Origin: Tetramitus jugosus
Lineage: Eukaryota > Protista > Heterolobosea
DNA length: 64,000 nucleotides
Assembly: GCA_937625935.1 (NCBI GenBank)
Contig: OW569373.1
Location: 1-64,000 of the forward strand
Direction of reading: 5' to 3'
Below the pieces are notes generated by a model that worked only from the letters and a program-made list of their open reading frames with translations, ran no database searches and had not been told where the DNA came from. Made by a program: the position numbers and the translations under genes. This document shows positions 56,726-64,000 of the stretch, piece after piece (within the stretch, counting starts at the first letter, position 1; every line of letters starts with the position of its first letter).

Positions 56726-59503
56726 ATGACAAAAGGAGCTCATCTCATTGACAACCACAAAAACAACAAAGCTCTGGTCATCACATCCCAAACCACTCCA
56801 ACCACAACAATGACCAAACTGATAACAACTGCCATTCTAGGATCATCATCATCATCATCATCATCAACTACAACTACAACATTGTCATCCATATCATCGT
56901 CATCTACAACAACCTCCAGATCAATTACTCTTCTCCTATGCTTACTCTTTTCCTTTTTTTTACTCTCTCATCAACAACAACAACAACAACAACCTGTAAC
57001 ACTATCAACAATAACAACCACAAGCTCAACATCAATATCATCATTGGCAGCAGCGAACCCTTGTCCATGGGAGGACACATCAGCGTATCGTTTGTCCGAC
57101 AGTAGCACATGGACCAACACTCAACTCGTGATATGGGACCCTCTGTACAAGACTCTCACGGTCAAGGGTTCGATTCTCGTCGACACCAATCTAGATCTCA
57201 ATCATATTATTGTGTCCAGTTCGGGTCGATTGATTTTTGATAATATGGATCTTACTGTGTCTCTCTCGTCGCTTGTCGTCTATGGCAATGTTTGGATTGG
57301 TGGAGACAGTGATGAGTGTGCCATTTCAGCTCATCATCGCATCTCCATTACGATCAAGGACTCGATTATTGATGGAATTTCAGGTAATAAGGTGATTGAA
57401 GTGGCAGGTGGAGGTAGAATGACCATTAGAGGTACGAAGAGAGATCCAGCGTGGACTACACTAAGTGCCAGTGCTACGGCAGGCAGTACTCTTCTTCGTC
57501 TCAGTCAGAGTGTCGATTGGAGAGTAGGAGAGGAGATTTTGATTACGCCGACTGATTTTGCACCGAGTCAGGCAGAACAGAGAAGGATTGTTCAAGTGTC
57601 TGCTGACAGTCAAGAGATTCAATTGGATCGACCATTGACTTACTTTCATTTTGGTGAATCTCCAGATGATAATTTTGGTGTGGACGAGCGAGCAGAAGTT
57701 GCCTTGTTGTCGAGAAATATTACCATTGTGGGTGATTTGTTTAGTGATACGGTGAGGCAGGGTGGAGTGATACGATTGATGGAATCCAGTGCCATGAACC
57801 TCATTTCAGTACAGTTTTTGAGAACGGGTGATACTCAATCGGTAAATCCTGCTATCCAACTCGTTGGATCTCTATCGTCTGAGATTACGCAATGTACGAT
57901 TAGTTCCTATGAAGGATGTATCTCACTCATGTCTGCATCATTGAAAACCATTCGTGAAAACGTGTGTTATAGATCGGTTGACTATGCAATTTCGATTGAA
58001 GTGTCGTCGAACAATATTTTTCAACGAAATTTGATCACCAATGTTGTAGGAGCAGGTGACGCCGAAAATGACGCGAGTGGATTTATGATTGAAGATATGA
58101 GAAATTTGGTGACTGATAATCGAGTGTCAGGAAGTCTGGGATCGGGTTATATGATCATGACAGATAGTTCTACAGTGTATGAGATTGCAGGCAGTTCTAC
58201 GTTTACTCGTAATCTCGCGAGAAGCATTGGATTGAACTGTTTTGAGTTTGAAAAGTATATTCCGAATCGAGCAGTATATTTTGATCGTTTGATGGCGAGC
58301 AAGTGTGGCTTGTATGGTATATTCAGCAGTGACGGCCTTCATTATTTCTCGAACAGCATGTTGTCCAATTCTTGGGCAGGTACACGATTCGAAGGTTCTG
58401 GTCAACGACTAGGAGATAGCACCATTATCGCAATCACTAACAATCAACCACAAACAGTCCCTCCCGTTCCAGCAGCCGGTCTTTTTGTACAGACAGAACC
58501 TCGAAGAGGCATTCATCTCATTGAAGGACCACACATTTATGACAATATTACTCTGCTTCACTTTGATGAGAACAAACGAGCTTGCATCGGTCCTTTTGGT
58601 AACAAAATAGCTTCAATATTAACTTCTTTGAACAATATTGAATGCCAGAATCAAACTTTACTCTATGTGAATACCAATGAAAAGACTGCCAGCGACTCAG
58701 AGCGGTTCTTTGCAGTCATGTTAACGAATCCAGATGGTCAGTTTGCACTGATTAAGAACAGCCCGTTCATGATACTCAATGACAATTTTTGCTCCATTTC
58801 ATCCATCTATAGTGCAATTTGTGATCAAAGCTTGTACACTTCTATTTCAATCTCTGATATATACAAAAGTACGACCCAATATGAACCGAATGTTAATCCC
58901 AATGACCCGAAGGCTGCTATTCTTAGAGTCAAACCCAATGGTACTATCAAAGCAGTAGAGCACATGGTTGGAATTTCGGAAACCATGAGTAATAAGATTG
59001 ATCAATATCAAACACGTGTGCCACACGGTGATAGAGTATCCGATATTTATGGTATTGTGTTTGAATCGCACTCCACACCTTCCAATATGCTTATTCAAGT
59101 AGGTCCAGTGCAGGACTCAAGGTTAACCATCGCACTGTGCTATTATCCTTCGAAAACAAAGATTAAATCACTCAAACAAAATGGTGTGTTGCTCACTCGA
59201 GCAGAGAATCAAGCTGAATTCGAAAAGATAGACAGCAAGACCTACTTTTATAATTCAAGAAGTGGAACTCTTTTACTGAAGATTGTTCCGACGAGTACTT
59301 CGGTCCAATTTGACATTGCAGCCGATATTTCCTACAAGCAACCATTTAACTGTTTTGGAAATGAGACAATTGATATCACACCAGATCAATCTGTTGTCAC
59401 CTCGAGTGCACGATCCAACTACAATCACCTTCACTCTACTTGTATTTATTTTGTGTTGTGGTCGATCGTTGCATGGTTGGCTTTTGTTGTGACGGTGTCA
59501 TGA
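56726..59503 (+). CDS. G8-domain / beta-helix cell-surface protein (TMEM2/fibrocystin-like); start uncertain
   Basis: G8-like glycine-rich region, WTTLSASA, VDWRVGEEILI, RAEVALLSRNITI, PbH1-like repeats, C-terminal hydrophobic anchor. Confidence 0.82.
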   Translation: MTKGAHLIDNHKNNKALVITSQTTPTTTMTKLITTAILGSSSSSSSSTTTTTLSSISSSSTTTSRSITLLLCLLFSFFLLSHQQQQQQQPVTLSTITTTSSTSISSLAAANPCPWEDTSAYRLSDSSTWTNTQLVIWDPLYKTLTVKGSILVDTNLDLNHIIVSSSGRLIFDNMDLTVSLSSLVVYGNVWIGGDSDECAISAHHRISITIKDSIIDGISGNKVIEVAGGGRMTIRGTKRDPAWTTLSASATAGSTLLRLSQSVDWRVGEEILITPTDFAPSQAEQRRIVQVSADSQEIQLDRPLTYFHFGESPDDNFGVDERAEVALLSRNITIVGDLFSDTVRQGGVIRLMESSAMNLISVQFLRTGDTQSVNPAIQLVGSLSSEITQCTISSYEGCISLMSASLKTIRENVCYRSVDYAISIEVSSNNIFQRNLITNVVGAGDAENDASGFMIEDMRNLVTDNRVSGSLGSGYMIMTDSSTVYEIAGSSTFTRNLARSIGLNCFEFEKYIPNRAVYFDRLMASKCGLYGIFSSDGLHYFSNSMLSNSWAGTRFEGSGQRLGDSTIIAITNNQPQTVPPVPAAGLFVQTEPRRGIHLIEGPHIYDNITLLHFDENKRACIGPFGNKIASILTSLNNIECQNQTLLYVNTNEKTASDSERFFAVMLTNPDGQFALIKNSPFMILNDNFCSISSIYSAICDQSLYTSISISDIYKSTTQYEPNVNPNDPKAAILRVKPNGTIKAVEHMVGISETMSNKIDQYQTRVPHGDRVSDIYGIVFESHSTPSNMLIQVGPVQDSRLTIALCYYPSKTKIKSLKQNGVLLTRAENQAEFEKIDSKTYFYNSRSGTLLLKIVPTSTSVQFDIAADISYKQPFNCFGNETIDITPDQSVVTSSARSNYNHLHSTCIYFVLWSIVAWLAFVVTVS

Positions 59504-59682
59504 GATGAGTTTTCAATTTGGACCCGGTTTTAGTTGATAAAGTACTGAAATGTGCTATTTTCGTTCCTAGCAATTCTGCCAGCTTTTTCGTGTTACATAA
59601 ACTTGCGAACACTTAACAACAACCATTCGAGAAGAAAAACTTCGTTACAGTGTGAGTCTTGAAACCATCATAAACAAAAAAG

Positions 59683-60387
59683 ATGATATCTAACAGAACA
59701 AACCTGGCCACAGTCAATCATAACGAAGGCCCATTTATTGCTGTGGAATTTGAAGGCAGAAAGCACGAATGGAAGGGGACTGCCCACACTTACGATCAAT
59801 TATTGCTTGTTGTAGTGACGAAACTCGAGTTAGATGAGGATGGTCTCACTGACTTCGGATACTTAATGGACAGAAACAGGTGGAAACAAACTAGAAATGG
59901 TACAATTACTGTTGGTTTTTGGGATGGCGATGAGAAGAAGTATATAAGAATAACTCTCCAAGGAGCTGCCCGTGCTTCACCGCCTTTTAGAGAGGAGGAG
60001 TGCCAATCACGTCAAGTAGATGTTTTAAGTGTTAGACCTCGACTGGGTGATACATGGTATAGTCCCCATGATAGATCCCAGCTATTTCTGTCGAGGATAG
60101 AAGCAGTGAGACATCATTGTGTCCTGAGAGCCCATCATGCTGTTAGATACTTAGGACGAGAAGAATGGAGGAAGTTGTTGCGAATGCTGCCGGAAGAGTC
60201 CATAGGTTACATTCACTCCAAATCAGAACCAGATGATTCCACAGTATTGATGGAGAACAGGAGCTTGAAAAACATTCTCTCTCTTGTTGGTGGTGTGCTT
60301 CAGGAAGCTGCAACAGACACTCCACATGAGACTGAGAATTTATTGAAAAAGCTCTCAGCTTTACATGTGAATGACGACAATCATTGA
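59683..60387 (+). CDS. Hypothetical protein
   Basis: 234-aa ORF with A-rich start context; no motif recognised. Confidence 0.5.
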   Translation: MISNRTNLATVNHNEGPFIAVEFEGRKHEWKGTAHTYDQLLLVVVTKLELDEDGLTDFGYLMDRNRWKQTRNGTITVGFWDGDEKKYIRITLQGAARASPPFREEECQSRQVDVLSVRPRLGDTWYSPHDRSQLFLSRIEAVRHHCVLRAHHAVRYLGREEWRKLLRMLPEESIGYIHSKSEPDDSTVLMENRSLKNILSLVGGVLQEAATDTPHETENLLKKLSALHVNDDNH

Positions 60388-60721
60388 GCTGTAGTTATGA
60401 ATTCTTGCGCATAGGCAGAGAGCTTCGATAGGAATGCGGAGCCGCATATATAGCAGATGGAATTAATACTCTCCAATGTTATTCGTCTTGCGCTTCGTCA
60501 TAGGGTCCTCCAGTAGATCGGACTGGATAATTTCCATTGGAGATTCCTATAACCAAAGCACCTCCTCACAAAAAGTTACAATGGCTGCGGAACAATGACA
60601 TACCGCGTACTAATTAGTCGATAATTTTATCCCTGACAATAAAAACGAGCAGATCTGAGAGATCCATCGAAACAAACACACAAAAAACACAACCAAACAT
60701 ACCAAGAAACCAACAACAAAT

Positions 60722-62188
60722 ATGACTACAACCATCAAATTGTTCTTACTGGGAGCAACAGGCTACATTGGAGGATCCGTTCTCTCTCTTCTGGTCAAAG
60801 ATCCAAGATTTGAAATTACTGCACTGGTGCGTAAAGCAGAAGATGCCAAGGTACTCGAGGATCACAAGGTCAAAGCAGTCATTGGTTCCATGAGTGACTC
60901 CAATCTACTCACAAAATTGACTGAACAAGCAGATGTTGTCTTGAACTTTGCCAATGCAGATGATTTGGAAGCTACAAAGGCCATTTTCAAAGGACTGAGC
61001 TACCACAAGTCGACCAACTCGAGAAAAAAGCTGTTGATCCATACGTCTGGCACTGGTGTTCTGATTGACAATGTGAAGGGTGAACGCAAGTCTGATCTCA
61101 TCTATAGTGATGTCACAGATCTGCATGATAAGATTCAAAAACTGCCCATGGATCAACCACACAGACACGTTGATGCTTTCATCTTTGACAATAGCAAGGA
61201 TGATTTTGATTACGTTATTGTGTGTCCACCAATGATCTATGGTGAAGGTACTGGTTATTTCAATCGTCATTCGATTCAATTACCAGCCATTATTCAATAT
61301 GCACTTCAAGTGAACAAGGCTACGGTTGTTGGAGCGGGAGCAAACGTTTGGAACAATGTTCATATTGAAGACTTGGTCGATGCCTATATTCTCATTCTTG
61401 ATGCTGCACTGGAAGGGAAAGCAGACGTCAATAGAGAAGGTGGATTTTACTTTGTGGAGAGCGGAGAGACTGATTTGGCTACGCTTGTCAAGAAGGTGGG
61501 AGAGGTGTTGTATGAGAAGAAGGTCATTCCAGATCCAACATTCTCTCATATCAGCATGGAAGAAGCACTGAAATCAGGATGGGTCGAACAGGGTCATTCT
61601 TCAAACTCTCGTTGCAAGGCAGATCGAATTCAAAAATTAGGATGGAAACCAAAGAGATCCATGGACATTTTTGCGTCTGTCGAGCCAGAAGTGACTTACT
61701 TTTTGGAGAGACAGCATCAAGTTCAAGTGTATCAATCTGTTATCATCGAAGGAGCCAACAGAGAAAAAATCTGGAGTTTAATTGGTAACTTTTTCGATTT
61801 GAGTTGGACAGGTGCAGTGAACAGAGTGGAAAAGCAGGCTGACAAGGAAAGATTGGTCTTTGGTTCACAGACAAACTTTGTAACAGAGAACTTGGTTCAA
61901 TATCGCAATGATCCTACCAAGGGTCAATCACTGTACACTTATACGATTCAGATGGCCACAGATTTGAGCACTCATTTGTTCCCATGTCAGGTGCATGACT
62001 ATGTTGCAGAACTAAAGGTTTTGGACTTGACTGTGGGAGATGATAATGACAACAAATGTGTTGTTGTATGGACTGCTCAATGCAAGGTTGCGTCTGACAA
62101 GGATAAACAAGTTGTTCAGGGTGCAGTCACTGGTCTGTTCCAGACATCTCTAGTCAACTTGAAGGGCAAACTTCAATCTAATCATTAA
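60722..62188 (+). CDS. Atypical SDR / NAD-dependent epimerase fused to an SRPBCC (polyketide cyclase-like) domain
   Basis: LLGATGYIGGSVL, IHTSGTG, PPMIYG, WNNVHIEDL; C-terminal SVIIEGANREKIWSLIGNFFDLSW...CVVVW. Confidence 0.85.
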   Translation: MTTTIKLFLLGATGYIGGSVLSLLVKDPRFEITALVRKAEDAKVLEDHKVKAVIGSMSDSNLLTKLTEQADVVLNFANADDLEATKAIFKGLSYHKSTNSRKKLLIHTSGTGVLIDNVKGERKSDLIYSDVTDLHDKIQKLPMDQPHRHVDAFIFDNSKDDFDYVIVCPPMIYGEGTGYFNRHSIQLPAIIQYALQVNKATVVGAGANVWNNVHIEDLVDAYILILDAALEGKADVNREGGFYFVESGETDLATLVKKVGEVLYEKKVIPDPTFSHISMEEALKSGWVEQGHSSNSRCKADRIQKLGWKPKRSMDIFASVEPEVTYFLERQHQVQVYQSVIIEGANREKIWSLIGNFFDLSWTGAVNRVEKQADKERLVFGSQTNFVTENLVQYRNDPTKGQSLYTYTIQMATDLSTHLFPCQVHDYVAELKVLDLTVGDDNDNKCVVVWTAQCKVASDKDKQVVQGAVTGLFQTSLVNLKGKLQSNH

Positions 62189-64000
62189 ATGGGAAATCTT
62201 CTTCTTCTCGAAGCTCGATTTTATTCTAGTTCAATGTTGAACTCTCAAATTCGAAAACACTGTGACAGTAAGTGTTGTGTTTGAATGGTGAGTTCTTGCT
62301 TCAAGAATGCTAGTCCATGTCCGTAGTGTAGGAGGATGCTGTTAGGTTAGAAGTGTTGTTGTTACCAAAGAAGGAGTTGGAGTATTGAAGTTCCCCAAGA
62401 TAAAATTGGTCTCTTGGCCAGAAATGATTGCTGTGCCGAACAAGTAATGATTGCCTCAATAGCGATCGTCACTCGCTATCCTCCAACGGATGGAAAAGGC
62501 AATGGTCGATCAAACATGACAACAAGCAAAGGAAAATCATCCAAGAATGAATACATTTTTATTGTTTCAATAATTTTTGCCAAGAGATGGTCACTTCACA
62601 TACTTTCTTCTCCACGCACTATGCAGCCTGAGAGCTATTGACTTTGTAAGCTAGGAAAACAATTGTTTTCGTTCATTTCTTGAGAAGCTTGTTAAACAAA
62701 TTCAATTGTCATGACATCTCAGCGAATCCTTCAACTTCCGCGACTTTTGCAAGCCGGTAACTGACAAAAATACAACCACATGAGCATGCACGAACGAATA
62801 ACCTCCATTCACTTGGCCGTCAATTTCTTTTCTTTCACTCTCATGGATGAATTTTCTGCCCTGGAACACTTCAGCGATCTTTCATGACAATTGGCGTTGT
62901 GTTGTGTACAAGCTGGGGTGATTGACGACATCAATAAACGTCAACTGCCTGCATTTTCGTTGGTTGTTTCGAAAGGAAAACAATTGGACTCTTCGCCCAA
63001 AAGTCTATCCATCGTTCTGGATGTGTAGAGTGCTAACATCATCGCCAACGCGTGTATCGAAATGGTCAAGATCCATCAATGTTGGATAGCACCCTTCATC
63101 ATCCCTGTCAGAACAAACAGGGACTTCATTGCCCTGTTTAGTTGAGAGAAACCCGACTGGTTTGAAACAGTTAGAAATGGTTCTTTATTGAGAATTACGC
63201 CGGCAAACATTTCCACATCTTTGGGCAACCTCACCGAATTTGGAAAATTATTCTTGATATTCGCCATTGATGGATGTTCGGAGAAGATGTACGGTATAAG
63301 GAGCATTATGTATCATCAGAGTACATACTCTATCCGTTACGACATCGACAAAGTACTCACGACTTGTCAGGAGGGTAACCGGGGAATATTTTGTGACACA
63401 ACAGAGAGAGAGAAGAAGATTCTAGAGAAACACCCAAGCTACAAACACTACTTGTCTCATCACCATGGTCTCAAGTCGAAGAAAAAGTGTTGTTGAAGGT
63501 GATGATCACAATGTCAAAGGAAGGAACAAGAACAACAAGAGCAACAAGAACAACAATTCGTCCTCCATTACGCGTAAACCATTCATCCAAGTTGTACAGG
63601 AATGGACAGCCTCCATGGATCAGAAATTGGAGTCAAGTAGGACTCAACAGTTTCAGAACAATTCTACTGCGGCACCCAAGATGAATTCAGTTGTGGATGA
63701 ACGATCCTTTGAAGAAGTATTGGATCTATTGAACAAGCAAGACACACTGAATGCGAAACTGTTGTTTGCTTGTAGAAACGGCAGTGATGCTGTGTCTCTT
63801 CAGTTACTGAGTCACGTCATTGAGACGTCGAGTAGCGAAAACAGTTTGTTTTCCATATCTTCAGTAGGTAAGATTAAGGATAAGGACAACTCCAATTGCT
63901 CCCTCTTGCACATTTGTGCACAGAGAAACAAGACACTGTGCATGGAGTTTTTATTGTCGCTCAAAATGTCGGTCGATGAGCTCGATTCACTGTCTTCCAC

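Noticed and set aside
62400-63700. Fragmented ORFs near the window end as a transposase or pseudogene
   Set aside because: No recognisable motif; cannot be assigned from sequence alone

Overview
This is the left end of a eukaryotic chromosome from an intron-poor, AT-rich protist using the standard genetic code. Gene content (DUF4116 repeats, EGF/RCC1 surface proteins, PPR proteins) is Naegleria/Heterolobosea-like; that assignment is inference. The window opens with a ~840 bp (CCCAAA)n = TTTGGG telomere, then a pseudogene-rich subtelomere (piggyBac relic, EGF pseudogene), and about 25 genes. Several genes look bacterial: a DUF262/GmrSD-like protein that has gained an NLS, and a metE interrupted by an in-frame TGA. 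There are four tRNA genes (Lys-CTT, Gly-GCC, Asn-GTT, Gln-CTG). The main discovery is at 27998-33316: three head-to-tail copies of a ~2.5 kb element inserted into the 3' end of the tRNA-Lys gene. The element encodes a DIRS-type reverse transcriptase (no RNase H, integrase or tyrosine recombinase) divergently from a T5orf172/GIY-YIG-like endonuclease. Each copy is bounded by a 13-bp repeat of the tRNA 3' end, and the tRNA is left intact with a new terminator. A second, unrelated family of non-LTR retrotransposons sits just upstream of three of the four tRNA genes (TRE5-like targeting) and carries triloop hairpins at its 3' ends. All domain calls come from motif recognition by eye, not from database searches.
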